Both the position numbers and the translations under genes were made by a program. The notes beneath the pieces are model-generated. The model did not search any database and was not told the DNA's origin. It saw only the letters and a list, made by a program, of their open reading frames with translations. Shown here piece after piece: positions 1 through 12,958 of a stretch of 64,000 nucleotides of DNA (its first letter is position 1; each line of letters opens with the position of its first letter). Source of the DNA: Octopus sinensis (taxonomy: Eukaryota); NCBI RefSeq assembly GCF_006345805.1, contig NC_043011.1, forward strand, positions 48,124,464 through 48,188,463, written 5' to 3'.

Positions 1-1187
1 GTACTTTACTGTCTGATTGAAACAAGTGGCGAATAATTATTAAAACCTAAATAAGATCCAGTATTATTGATTTCTGTATATTGATGAGAACATTTTTCCA
101 TTAGAATTTGCACATTAAAATTTTCTCAGAGAAAGAAGCTTGTCTTAATAATGAAATACGGAAATATTGAATTCTAACTGCCTGGATGTGTGTATCTATG
201 TGTTTGTGCGTACAGGTGTGTAAATAGGTGAGATTGTGTGTTTTTCTCTCTGTGTGTATGCGTGTGTGTGTGTGTGTGAGTGTGTGTGATTCTGTGTGTG
301 GTTCTGGTTGAGGCGATTATGAGTTATATGTGTGTGATGTATGTATGTATATATGTATATATAAATATATATAAATACATACGTATCTTTCAGAGTGTTT
401 TGAATGTGTATGTGAGAATGTGGATGAGAGAAAGTAAAAGAGAGAGACAAAGAGAGAGAGAGAGAGAGGGAGAGGGGGAGTGTAACTGTGCATGTGTGTG
501 TATGTATGTATGCTTGTGTGTGTGTGAGAGGGTGAAAGAGAGAGAGAGAGTACATATGTGTAGTGAGTGAAGAGTGAGTGAGAGGGAGAGAGAGTATATG
601 TGTTTGAGTGCAACAGTCTGGTAAGTGTAAAAGAGAGAAAATAATTGTATATGTGTGTGTTTACCTCTGTGTGTATTTCTCTGAGTGAGAGATTTTCCTC
701 TGTGTGTGCATGTGTAAATGATTTCTCTCTTTGTGTTTGTATATATAGTTATCTGAGAGAGTTCTATGAGTGTGTCAGGATATAAGGGAGAGAGACGTCA
801 TATGTATGTATGTATAAGTGTGCCTGTAAATGTGTGCGTTGTGTTAATAGTATTTGTATGTTTTCTTCAACTTCACCTTATAAAGTCTCGGAGGTGTTCA
901 TTATGGCTGACACCAGATGACATGTGAATAATTACAAACTACATTTATTAATGTTGTCTAATGAACATTATATCAATAAGTAATATTTCGTATGAATATA
1001 TTTGCTGCTGTGCTTGAATCTAAAACCATTTCGGTTATTACAGTATTAGTAAAACCTGTTAATGTCTAAGCAACTGAAGGATTACTAAGATCACCTGTCT
1101 TCTGTCTCATTTGGAGTTCAAGCACTTAGAAATCACACACACACACATACACACACACAGATATGCACATGTACACAAATATATATT

Positions 1188-1392
1188 TCTTTACTACCCA
1201 CAAGGGGCTAAACACAGAGGGGACAAACAAGGACAGACAAATGGATTAAGTTGATTACATCGACCCCAGTGTGTAACTGGTAGGTACTTAATTTATCGAC
1301 CCCGAAAGGATGAAAGGCAAAGTCGACCTCGGTGGAATTTGAACTCAGAACGTAACGGCAGACGAAATACAGCTACGCATTTCGCCCGGCAT
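1188..1392 (-). mobile_element. SINE-B copy
   Basis: Reverse complement of the body gttctgagttcaaattcc...gtcgactttgcctttcatcctttcggggtcgataaattaagtaccag...gccccttgtgggtagtaaagaaata, repeated about 12 times in the window. Confidence 0.8.
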
Positions 1393-1422
1393 GCTAACAT
1401 TTCTGCTAGCTCGAAACATGTG

Positions 1423-1454
<32 letters not shown>

Positions 1455-1455
<1 letters not shown>

Positions 1456-1840
1456 GGAGGCACAATAGCCCAGTGGTTAGGGCAGTGGACTCGCAGTTGT
1501 GGGATCGCAGGTTCGATTCCCAGACCGGGCGTTGTGAGTGTTTATTGAGTGAAAACACCTAAAGCTCCATGAGGTTCCGGCAGGGATGGTGGTGATCCCT
1601 GCTGTACTCTTTCACCACAACTTTCTCTCACTCTTACTTCCTGTTTCTGTTGTACCTGTATTTCAAAGGGCCGGCCTTGTCACTCTCTGTGTCACGCTGA
1701 ATATCCCTGAGAACTACGTTAAGGGTACACGTGTCTGTGGAATGCTCAGCCACTTACACGTTAATTTCACGAGCAGGCTGTTCCGTTGATCGGATCAACC
1801 GGAACCCTCGTCGTCGTAACCGACGGAGTGCTTCCATCCA
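1455..1840 (+). mobile_element. tRNA-headed SINE (SINE-D1), apparently full length
   Basis: A-box-like tagcccagtgg and B-box-like ggttcgattcc; head and body match 12765-12958; 3' part matches the minus-strand SINE at 56310-56635. Confidence 0.75.
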
Positions 1841-1853
1841 TATGTATATATAT

Positions 1854-1895
<42 letters not shown>

Positions 1896-2019
1896 TACAC
1901 ACATATATATACACACATATATATATAATATATATAATATATATATAATATATATACACACACACATATATATACATACATACATAAATATATATATAAA
2001 AATACAATGAATGACCGCA

Positions 2020-2245
2020 TAACTGCCACCCATGCCGTTGGCATTTAAAAGAGGCACCCATGATAATCTTGGAGTGGTTAGCATTAGGAAGGGCATCCAA
2101 CCGTAGAAACCATTGCCAAATTAGACTGGAACTGGTACAGCTCTTCAGCTTATCAGTTCCATTCAAACTGTCTTAACCCATGCCAGCATGGAAAGCAGAT
2201 GTTAAATGATGATGATGGTGATGATGGTGATGATGATGATGATGA
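2020..2245 (+). mobile_element. 5'-truncated 3' end of RTE-type LINE
   Basis: aggaagggcatcca...catgccagcatggaaagc...gttaaatgat followed by (GAT)n; same terminus as the ORF-bearing copy at 34418-35041. Confidence 0.7.
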
Positions 2246-2880
2246 TTAAAAAGAACAACATAGCAAGGACAAAGTTTGACAAGTAAGGTATTAGCTTAAT
2301 GCTTTAATGGAAAGAGAAAACCTTAATGTTTCTTAAGTTAGTCCTTCATGAGAAGTTCCTACACCTGTTTCACCATTTTGGTTATTTGGAAAGAAAGCAA
2401 ATAGATGAAAAGGAAATATTAAGGTAAAAGAGAAAGGGGGAGAATGAAAAAAAGACTGAGATGGAGGTGGTACAGAATGAGAGTAAGGCAGAGAAAACAA
2501 TTATTTCTCTCTCAAAATAATTATAAAATGCCTTACCATTTATCCAACTTTGGACATGGTTATCTATAACTTAAGACAATGAAATGCTCCTCGATGTTAT
2601 GTTATGTTTGAGCATCTACATGCCCTTAGAACAAATAATGCTGGGCTGAAAATTATTATGATGGTGAAACAAGTGTAGGGACTATAATATAAACTTGTGT
2701 TTATCCTTATTTCTCCTACATTTACTCTGTAGCTCATAATTAGTAATACTATCTAGTAAGAATATAATTAACAACTAAACAAGAAGCATATTGAATTATA
2801 ATATCATAATTTGCAAGGATCTCTAAACACATAATAGTAGCAGTTATGTATCTGTTTGTACACAGAATTTCTACGATATA

Positions 2881-3224
2881 TCTTTATATATAAAAGTAAA
2901 GTTGTGTGTCTGTCTCCTACGATTTAGATTCCTAACTACTCCTACATTTTGTGGTGCAGTTTAACCAAAACTGGGTATTTTATAGTCGTGATTCATATCG
3001 AGCCCTTCTGGGTATTAGCGCGCGTCTACGATGAGTCTACGATTTAAAAAAAAATTTACCATCATTTTTTTCCATTTTAATGCATTTTTTTCGCTATTAT
3101 ATAAGGGAAGTAACTCTCTAAAAATGTCTACGATTTTTTTGCTATTTTTTGGCTATAACTCTCTAAAAATGCTTATATAGTTATTTCCCTTACAAACCCG
3201 AGCAACGCCGGGCGATACTGCTAG
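2881..3224 (+). mobile_element. Non-autonomous Helitron
   Basis: Starts TC, ends CTAG, GC-rich hairpin cccgagcaacgccggg just before the 3' end, inserted between A and T with no TSD; second copy at 30182-30578. Confidence 0.85.
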
Positions 3225-3297
3225 TGTAAAAATAAATAAATAAGTAAATGAGTGGAAATCAGACCGATGAGTATATTAAATTAAAAAGGCACTGACA

Positions 3298-3680
3298 TAT
3301 AACAATAACTCTGAGCACATTTTCAAACTCTACCTGTCTAACACCCGTGGACGTGTTTACAAAGTCAGAAAACAGCACAGCTCCCATGACTTTCAGAAAC
3401 ATTTTTTCATGCTAAGAGTTGCTGAAGCATGGAACAGACTGCCGGCATCAGTTGTTAGTTGTCGGAGCACTGCATCCTTCAAAACTTCCATGCTTCCTGA
3501 GATTCGCCAACACTACACCTGATTTTCTCCCCTCCATACACACACACAAGTGTGTATCTGACTCATACACTGTTCACTTCCCAGACATTTGCACATTACT
3601 GCATATACTTCATACACACTTTTGACAAGTTGTGGTGCACCTGAGCACTGTATACAATAATTTCATTATTATTATTATTT
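3298..3680 (+). mobile_element. CR1-clade LINE 3' end (ORF2 C-terminus, 3' UTR, (ATT)n tail)
   Basis: Translates NTRGRVYKVRKQHSSHDFQKHFFMLRVAEAWNRLPASVV...HYT*, matching the CR1 motifs TRGH...FF..RV...WN.LP..VV. Confidence 0.8.
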
Positions 3681-4283
3681 TATGATTCAAATTTTCTATA
3701 GGTTTCTATAGCTTACTTGGTGGTGTGGTAACTTTATACACTTCTACATGTCTTTTGAAACCAAGGTTAATCTTAGTGATTTCTACACAAATTACGAACG
3801 TGTTTTTTTTTGCTGTAAAAAGGTAACAAATCCTTCTTAGCTGCTAGCTGCATTCTGATTTCACAAATTACAGTATGATTTCATGTGGCATATGCAGCCA
3901 GCTTGTGACAGGTGATGTAGGTCAAAATCATTGCATTTCCAGAGACTGCATCTTCTGTTACTAATCTCACACACATACACACACACACATGCGTGTGCAC
4001 ACATGTATGTATGTATGATTATAATAAAATACGTGACAAAACAACCATGATAGCTGCTTTTTCTCCGTTGCTATGTTGCCTGATGACAAGGATTGTAGAT
4101 GAGTGATGAGAAACTGTGTGACCCATCCAACCCAAGAGAGCAGAGAGAGATTGATTAGAATGAGGATTTTATATATGTGTGTGTATGTATGTGTATCATA
4201 TATATATATATATATACATACTACATACACACATATATATTCATATATATAATATATATGTATGTATATATATAGAGAGAGAG

Positions 4284-4350
<67 letters not shown>

Positions 4351-4383
4351 ATAGATATCTGTATGTGTGTGTCTGTGTGTATG

Positions 4384-4417
<34 letters not shown>

Positions 4418-4653
4418 TATATATCTATATGTGTGAGTATGTCTCTGTGTGTGTATGTGTGTGTGTATGTGTGTGTGTAGATATATATATATATAATCCA
4501 TATATATAATCCATAGCTATTATCATTGTAGTAGTATATTCCTACGTCTTAAAGAAGTATTCCTACATTCTGAATTCTACAATGTATGGCAATGTTATTT
4601 CTGTATTGCAACTGATGTTAATAAAAAGATACAAACTGTCAATAATAATAATA

Positions 4654-4682
<29 letters not shown>

Positions 4683-4685
<3 letters not shown>

Positions 4686-5035
4686 GATATAGTAAGCCCA
4701 GCTGAGAACAAGGTTTGTGATAAGGAAGAAAGAAAAGTTGAGAGATATGACAGGTTAGCTTGGGAAGTTAAGCAGTTGTGGTCGATGAAAAAGGTAGCAG
4801 TAGTACCAATAATTGTTGGAGCCCTGGAAACAGTGAGCAAAAATCCCAAGAAGTACGTGGAACAAATAGGGGCTGCAATAAGGGTGGAGCATTTGCAGAA
4901 TACAGCACTACTTGGAACCACTCAAATACTCCGGAAAATAAGAAATGTTACCTTAGTTCCCTGGTAGTAAACAGTTGACGCCGTAGTACATCTCCAACAT
5001 TAGAAGCTGTGCAAAGGCAACAGTAATAATGATAA
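4683..5035 (+). mobile_element. Dong/R4-type non-LTR retrotransposon 3' end (restriction-like endonuclease C-terminus)
   Basis: Frame reads IDIVSPAENKVCDKEERKVERYDRLAWEVKQLWSMKKVAVVPIIVGALETVSKNPKKYVEQIG...LQNTALLGTTQILRKI, typical of RLE domains; flanked by (AAT)n. Confidence 0.75.
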
Positions 5036-5412
5036 TATATTTGAGAATGATTCCTGGCTTACCATCCATGCAGGAAGTCCAAAAGACTGTCTCAACTGAT
5101 ACGTCACACGTACTAATAAGAGTATTGTCGCTGTGAATTTTCTTTCTGTTTTTGGCCTTTATTTTCTTTGTTTTCTTTTATTTTCATTTTTTTCTTGTTT
5201 TTCTTCACTCCTTTTTCTCTGTCTTTCTTACCCATTTTTATGTTTCTGTTCGCAAAATTTTGTAAATGAACAATCTGGTGTGTTTACTTTAATGGCCTAC
5301 CAATTTATACAGTGAGTGTCTTTGCCCTAGGTGTTGGCATGACACTCAGCAAGAAATGAAAACAAAATCGAAAAATGAAGATAATAATAGTGATGATGAT
5401 GATGAAGATACT

Positions 5413-5428
5413 AATAATAATAATAATA

Positions 5429-5470
<42 letters not shown>

Positions 5471-5476
5471 TGATTA

Positions 5477-5534
<58 letters not shown>

Positions 5535-5536
5535 CA
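5413..5536. repeat. (AAT)n followed by (ATT)n fold-back microsatellite
   Basis: Direct reading. Confidence 0.9.
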
Positions 5537-7296
5537 TTTTCTTGTCATTCCCACCTGAGAGCCTTACATATGATTGATACAATGGGAGAGAGAGAGGGAG
5601 AGAGAGTCAGTATTATTAAAGAGCACCAGCAGGGATCTTTTCTACAGACTTAAGGACTTTATAGCATCGCTAAAATGAACAAACTCTAATCACAAATACA
5701 TAAACACAGAGATACACGCATGCACAAACATACACGGTGAATTAAAAGAACAGAATAAAGATAATTCTCTGGTTTATTCTTTAAAATACAAAACACCAAG
5801 ATAAAGAGGTTTCTAGACTAAAGCTAGAGTGCAAATCAAAAGCTAAAATAACAAATAAAGATAGAAATCAAAACTAGATAATTACAAAAATACCAAAAGA
5901 AAAAGAGGAAATATATGAACGAAGGGAAAAAAAATCAATGAAAATAAAAAAATAATGGAGAAAAATGTGTAATTATGTAAAAGTTTGAGGAATCTTTGTT
6001 ATTTGTGAATTTTTAGAAGTTAAAAGATCAATGTTAAAGATGTGTATTCTAACAAATATTATCACTTGAATCAAAGTCTTGTATGCAGACTAGAATCCTG
6101 GAAAAATCTTCTTTTCTTCCTTGAAGCATAACATATTTATGATGTTCTAGAAAAATGGTTAACGAAAAATCAAAAGAAAAAAAATGACAAAAACAAAAAA
6201 AAAAACCAGAGACAGGTGGGTTAAGAAGAGCAAACATGAGAAAAATAAAGAGAAGATAAAGAAAAAAGAATAAAGTAAATGAAGAAATAAAAACGAAGGA
6301 AAGAAAATATCAGAAAAGAGTAAAAGAAGGCAAAAAATTAAAGAACAAAAGAAAAAAGAAGAAATTAGTTTTTATATTTAGATTTTTTTCCTTTTTCTCT
6401 TCTGCTTTCCTTTTTTTTTTCTTTCATGGAATAAAATGGTTAGCACCTCTCACTTGCCGTATCTTTGATTTCATAACTATTTATTGGTGTAACTGTAGAA
6501 CAGTAGAGCATTGAAATGGCAAAACAATATTTAAATTCTTCTCTCTGCTACGTGTTAAGCTAAGTTAAAGGAATTATTGCGAAATGGGAGAAGCTTCACA
6601 TTGCCTTTTATTCCCATTTCATGCTATGTTGCATGTTAGCTCTTTGTTTGGATAGTTCCAACAGCATATCAGGTTTTTCGTTGATTTTTTTTTTTAATGG
6701 GAAGTAATTAATTGTTCCTTGCTAAACACTCCTTTTAGCTTGAGAAATGGATGCTGTGAGCTATTTGCTTCAATCTTTCACTCGGTACTGTCTATCCATC
6801 CATCTGTCTATAAATCTATCTATATGCATTTATTTATATATGCAGACTTTTGTGTGAGTATGTGTGTGAGACTATATATGTATGCAGGTATATATATATA
6901 TAGATACATATATATATATATACATCATATATATATATATATATGTATGTCTCCACTGTCCTGTCTTTTTTCCAACTTTGACCCTCCATAAATAAGTTTC
7001 CTAGGAAAATATGGTCACCCTTCTGTAGGATTTGAATCCAGGAACAAGAAAGACATATTTAGGAGAAAAATAGAAAAAGTAGAAAAAGGAGACAAATATT
7101 CAAGATGTCATTAAATTATTTATATCTTCATACGTCCTACATATGTTTTGATGCATCCATCAAAACATATGTAGGAGATATGAAAATATAAATGATTTAA
7201 TAACATATTGAGCATTTGTCTCCTTTTTCTATTTGTCATATATATATATATATAAATACACACACACATACACATACACATACATGTATATACATA

Positions 7297-7461
7297 TATA
7301 CGACAGGCTTCTTTCAGTTTCTGTCTACCAAATCCACTCACAAGGCTTAGGTCGGCCCAAGGCTATAGTAGAAGACACTTGCCCAAGGTGCCATGCTGTG
7401 GGACTGAACCCAGAACCATGTGGTTGGTAAGAATGCTACTTACCTCACAGCCACTTCTGCG

Positions 7462-7466
<5 letters not shown>
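7297..7466 (-). mobile_element. SINE-A 5' half
   Basis: Reverse complement of tggctgtgtggtaag...gggttcagtcccac...cttgggcaagtgtcttctactatagcc. Confidence 0.8.
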
Positions 7467-7502
<36 letters not shown>

Positions 7503-7700
7503 AGTTAAAATAAGTGAATAAAATTAACAGACAACAGGAGGATGTGCACAACAAAAAAAAACGTATTAGCTTGATGCTTGGTGAAAAGAGAGAGTTTGAT
7601 GCTTCAAGCAAAGCTCTTTATCAGAAAGGAGAAAAGAAATAGTCCAAAGAAGGAAAAGAAATCACCAACAGCACATGTGTAATAACATTGCTATGTATAT

Positions 7701-7864
7701 AGGTACAGGCATGGCTGCGTGGTAAGAAGCTTGCTTCCCAACCATACCGTTCCGGGTTCAGTCCCACTGCGTGGCTCCTTGGGCAAGTGTCTTCTACTAT
7801 AGCCTTGGACTGACCAATGCCTTGTGAGTGGATTTTGTAGATGGAAACTGAAAGAAGCCCATTG
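7701..7864 (+). mobile_element. SINE-A 5' half
   Basis: catggctgcgtggtaagaagcttgcttcccaaccat...gggttcagtcccactgcgtgg...gaaactgaaagaagccc. Confidence 0.8.
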
Positions 7865-8185
7865 TGTGTGTTTGTGTATGCATAAGGCACAACAAGGATA
7901 CCATTTAGGCTTTGGCTAGGATGTTAATTGCATGAAAATCTTGTGTTGCTGAACACTGAAACATACATATATGATGAAATAAAGAACTACCAAATCAATG
8001 CTCTTCTTCTTTTCTTTTTGCATACATACAAACATACATACACATATACATACAAGCATGCATACATACAAACAAACATGCACATACAGACACACACAGA
8101 CATACAAGCATATATATATATATATATGTATAGAGAGTGGGAAAGTGATAGATAGATAGATAAACAGATAGATAAATATAAATAT

Positions 8186-8229
<44 letters not shown>

Positions 8230-8337
8230 TCAAGAAAGAGAGAGAGGAAGAAGGAGATAGAAAGAAAGAAAAAGTTTGGGATACATATATGCATAATTAT
8301 GTGTATACACACATGCATATACATATATATTTATTTA

Positions 8338-8410
<73 letters not shown>

Positions 8411-8900
8411 TATATATACATTTTTTATCTCATTACGCAAAAAATTCGTATATTTACATGTACATACACTGGGTGAGAGAGTGTGTGATAAAGCAAGAAA
8501 TAGTGAGAGATACGATAAAAGTACCATGGTGATATTGTATTGCAAAACATTTATTTCTATGAACACAAGTGAAGCAAGCAAAACACGCACGCACACACAC
8601 AAAGAGAAATACACATATACGAAAACGCATGCACATGCCTGTTACATATGCATTAATGGTATGAATGTAAACGTGTATGTAGATCCATTAATATACATAA
8701 CTTAATCAAGTCTATAGTTTCCCCATGTTTTCATCAATGAATATCGTCCCTGTCCACGGAGATATGCAACTGTTATGATATTGATAAAGATGTTGATATG
8801 GATATTACATTGTATTATACATTCATCTACATCTATTTATCCATTATTATTATCATTATTAGTATTAGTATTATTATTATTAGTTTTATTATTATTATTA

Positions 8901-8933
<33 letters not shown>

Positions 8934-8939
8934 TACTAC

Positions 8940-9016
8940 TACTACTATTATGAATAATAATATTATTTTTGATATTATTATTAATATTATCATTATCATT
9001 AATATTGCTGCTGCTG

Positions 9017-9053
<37 letters not shown>

Positions 9054-9159
9054 TATTATTATTATTACTACGACTACTATGAATAATGATATTATTTTTA
9101 ATACTATTATTAATATTATCATTATCATTAATATTGCTGCTGTTGTTGTTGTTATCATT

Positions 9160-9206
<47 letters not shown>

Positions 9207-9307
9207 CATTATTATTACTACTACTACTACTATTATGAATAATAATATTATTTTTGATATTATTATTAATATTATCATTATCATTAATATTGCTGCTGCT
9301 GTTGTTA

Positions 9308-9341
<34 letters not shown>

Positions 9342-9435
9342 TACTACGACTACTATGAATAATGATATTATTTTTAATACTATTATTAATATTATCATTA
9401 TCATTAATATTGCTGCTGTTGTTGTTGTTATCATT

Positions 9436-9498
<63 letters not shown>

Positions 9499-9599
9499 CA
9501 TTATTATTACTACTACTACTACTATTATGAATAATAATATTATTTTTGATATTATTATTAATATTATCATTATCATTAATATTGCTGCTGCTGTTGTTA

Positions 9600-9639
<40 letters not shown>

Positions 9640-9722
9640 TACTACTATTATGAATAATAATATTATTTTTGATATTATTATTAATATTATCATTATCATT
9701 AATATTGCTGCTGCTGTTGTTA

Positions 9723-9759
<37 letters not shown>

Positions 9760-10018
9760 TACGACTACTATGAATAATGATATTATTTTTAATACTATTA
9801 TTAATATTATCATTATCATTAATATTGCTGCTATTGTTGTTGTTATCATTTTTGTTATTATTATTATTATTATTTATTATTATTATTATTATTATATTAT
9901 TACTACTACTATATTATGAATAATGATATTATTTTTGATATTATTATTAATATTATCATTATCATTAATATTGCTGCTGTTGTTGTTGTTGTTGTTGTTG
10001 TTGTTATTATTATTATTA

Positions 10019-10064
<46 letters not shown>

Positions 10065-10156
10065 TACTACTATGAATAATGATATTATTTTTAATACTAT
10101 TACTAATATTATCATTATCATTAATATTGCTGCTGTTGTTGTTGTTGTTGTTGTTG

Positions 10157-10208
<52 letters not shown>

Positions 10209-10285
10209 TACTACTACTACTATGAATAATGATATTATTTTTAATACTATTACTAATATTATCATTATCATTAATATTGCTGCTG

Positions 10286-10352
<67 letters not shown>

Positions 10353-10360
10353 TATTATTA
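8940..10360. repeat. Compound minisatellite, about 10 units of 120-170 bp
   Basis: Recurrent core tatgaataat(a/g)atattattttt(g/a)ata(t/c)tattattaatattatcattatcattaatattgctgctg plus variable (TTA/CTA/GTT)n. Confidence 0.9.
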
Positions 10361-10620
10361 TTGAGAACGTATTGCTTTTCATGAAACCGAATGAGATGAG
10401 AGATGAGTTAGGTTAAGATGTATCATATTACTCATATACAATTATATGGTTGAAATGAAATGCCAATGTGTATTGTTGTGTATGTTTAGACTTTTAGACT
10501 GCAGAAGTTTTGTTAATGCGGTGTACATACATACATGCACATGTGCACACACACACACAGAGTCATATACAGACTCAGGTATATTCATACATACACATAT
10601 CTATCTCTCTAAATGTCTGT

Positions 10621-11027
10621 CTACTCTTTTACTCTTTTACTTGTTTCAGTCATTTGACTGTGACCATGCTGGAGCACCGCCTTTAATCAAGCAAATCGAC
10701 CCCAGGACTTATTCTTTTGTAAGCCTAGTACTTATTCTATCAGTCTCTTTTGCAGAACTGCTAAGTTATAGGGATTTAAACACACCATCATTGGTTGTCA
10801 AGCAATGTTGGGAGGACAAACACAGACACACACACACACATACATATATATATACATATATATGACGGACTTCTTTCAGTTTCCGTCTACCAAATTCACT
10901 CACAAGGCTTTGGTCAGCCCAAGGCTATAGTAGAAGACACTTGCCCAATGTGCCAAGGAGTGGGACTGAACCCAGAACCATGTGGTTAGTAAGCAAGCTA
11001 CTTACCACACAGCCACTCCTGCACCTA
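10621..11027 (-). mobile_element. SINE-A, full length
   Basis: tRNA-like head, central (TA/CA)n and (AAAGAGT)-type tail all present on the minus strand. Confidence 0.85.
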
Positions 11028-11034
11028 CAATGCT

Positions 11035-11039
11035 GTCTG

Positions 11040-11132
<93 letters not shown>
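11035..11132. repeat. (CTAT)n followed by (AGAT)n fold-back microsatellite
   Basis: Direct reading. Confidence 0.9.
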
Positions 11133-11134
<2 letters not shown>

Positions 11135-11564
11135 CTATTGAGTGACAGTGCTAAGTATTGATGTGTATAAATGCAAACTCATTACCAGTTGAAATATGAT
11201 TGGGGCATGCTTCAAACCATAAGAAAGCTGTTCACTATAATTTGTGATAGAGAAAATTTGGTGCTATAACCAAATTGGTGTAAACACATCAAATCTGTTT
11301 GATGCACCCACTTAGCAGATTGATGGATGTATGCATTTTGGAGTGGTTATCTCTTCTTCAGCATCAGACCCCAGAAAGGGGCAATCTAGAAATGAGCAAG
11401 AGATAGATATCTCTTATTATATTGCTGTAGACAGATGTAATTACTCTGAGCCAGTTCAGAGCATTCCCAAACAAGACTGTTGGATGCATACATTTCAGAG
11501 TGATTATCTCATCTTCAGCAACAGGAAATGGAAAAACATATGCTGCAAACTGAAGATGACTGGA

Positions 11565-11709
11565 TTGATGGATGGATGGACAGATGGACAAATGGATGGA
11601 CAGAGAGATTGATGGATGGATGAACAGACAGATGGATCGATGGACGGACAGATGGATGGATGGATCGATTGATGGACAGACAGACAGACAGATGGACAGA
11701 CAGATGGAC

Positions 11710-11769
<60 letters not shown>

Positions 11770-11900
11770 GATAGATGGATAGATGAATAGATAGAAGGAC
11801 AGACATATAGATAGACAGACAGACAAGCAGGCAGGTAGACAGACAGATGGATAGATAAACAGACAGATAGACAGGCAGGCAGGCAGATAGAGAGATAGAA
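11565..11900. repeat. Degenerate (GATG/GACA/GATA)n tetranucleotide array
   Basis: Direct reading. Confidence 0.9.
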
Positions 11901-11969
11901 AGCTAAATAGATATAACCATTATTGTTTCATGTATATTTGTTCATTACATATTTACATGGGTTTACACC

Positions 11970-12330
11970 ATGTTAGTATTTCACCACATTGTGGTCACTT
12001 TTCATCCTCTTTGCAAACTTTGGCTTCCTGAAATAATCAATCCTCACTGCCTCATATATTTTCCTTCATCTTCTTTTCTTCCATCCATTAAGATCACAGG
12101 CGTTTTTCACCCCAGCTCTCACCCTTCATACTTGTCATACGCATGTACTGCTAAATGAAGTCTCTTCCTTTTCTCCTTAACAACTGAATCTTTTAATGGC
12201 TGTTTTCTTTTCCTTCCAGCTCACCTGTGTTCTATTATTCTTGCATGCTGTCATTTCTAATCTGTGTGAAAGCTGGAAAGCTTCATGCCTACTTTCATTT
12301 TGGACTTCATACATATTCCACATATCGTAC
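11970..12330 (-). mobile_element. Possible heavily decayed RTE LINE ORF C-terminus
   Basis: Minus strand gives GWKKRR*RKIYEAVRIDYFRKPKFAKRMKSDHNVVKY, loosely like the RTE terminal RGRP..TW...V..D...MT.DR.LWRY; many stops. Confidence 0.3.
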
Positions 12331-12764
12331 TTAATATGCTTTGCAACATTTCATGTGTGTGTGTGTGTGTGTGTGTGTGGTGGGACTGAATGTGTGGTAA
12401 GAAATTTGTTTCACAACCATATGGTTCTGGGTTCAGTCCCACTGTATATCACCCTGAGCAAGCATCTTCTTCTACAGCCCAGGGCTGTCTAAAGCCTTGT
12501 GAAATGGATTTGATTGACAAAAGCTGAAAGAAACCCATCAAAACAAGGTGGTAAGGATAGTACTCGATTACCAAAGACAGAGTACACAGAACTCAGAATT
12601 TCATGTTCTTTTTCAATGAATGAGAATGTGAAACTCTGAGTAGGTGAATGATAAACAAATAACAACAAATGCATTATGAACTAGTAAACATATCTGTTAT
12701 TTGTTTATATGTAATTTTGAAGCTTTAATAAAAAGTATATATATATAAGTGTGTATTGGGGTGT

Positions 12765-12958
12765 CTCAATGGCCCAGTGGATAGGGCAGTGGACTTGCAG
12801 TTGTAGAATCACAGTTTCAATTCCCAGACCAGGCTTTGTGAGTGTTTACTGAGCGAAAAATAAATCGAAAAAGCTCTACGAGGCTCTGGCAGGGTATGGC
12901 GGTGAACCCTGCTGTACTCTTGCACCACAACTTTCTCTCACTCTTTCTTCCTGTTTCT
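12765..12958 (+). mobile_element. SINE-D1, 3'-truncated, abutting mariner fragment
   Basis: Matches 1455-1645 then switches abruptly into transposase sequence. Confidence 0.75.

Noticed and set aside
1455-1530. tRNA-like sequences at SINE heads
   Set aside because: A/B boxes are present but there is no complete cloverleaf or acceptor stem; they continue into SINE bodies, so they are not tRNA genes.
2537-2645. Minus-strand segment with good acceptor (aattttcag) and donor (gtaagg)
   Set aside because: Stops in all three frames and no partner exon identified; could only be a non-coding or UTR exon, which needs RNA data.
8833-9849. 338-aa Asn/Ile-rich ORF and overlapping ORFs
   Set aside because: Products of the trinucleotide-based minisatellite; open in several frames on both strands, with no domain or splice context.
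11324-11520. 40-bp imperfect direct repeat (11324-11363 and 11481-11520, six mismatches)
   Set aside because: Only two copies, no open frame joining them and no recognisable family.
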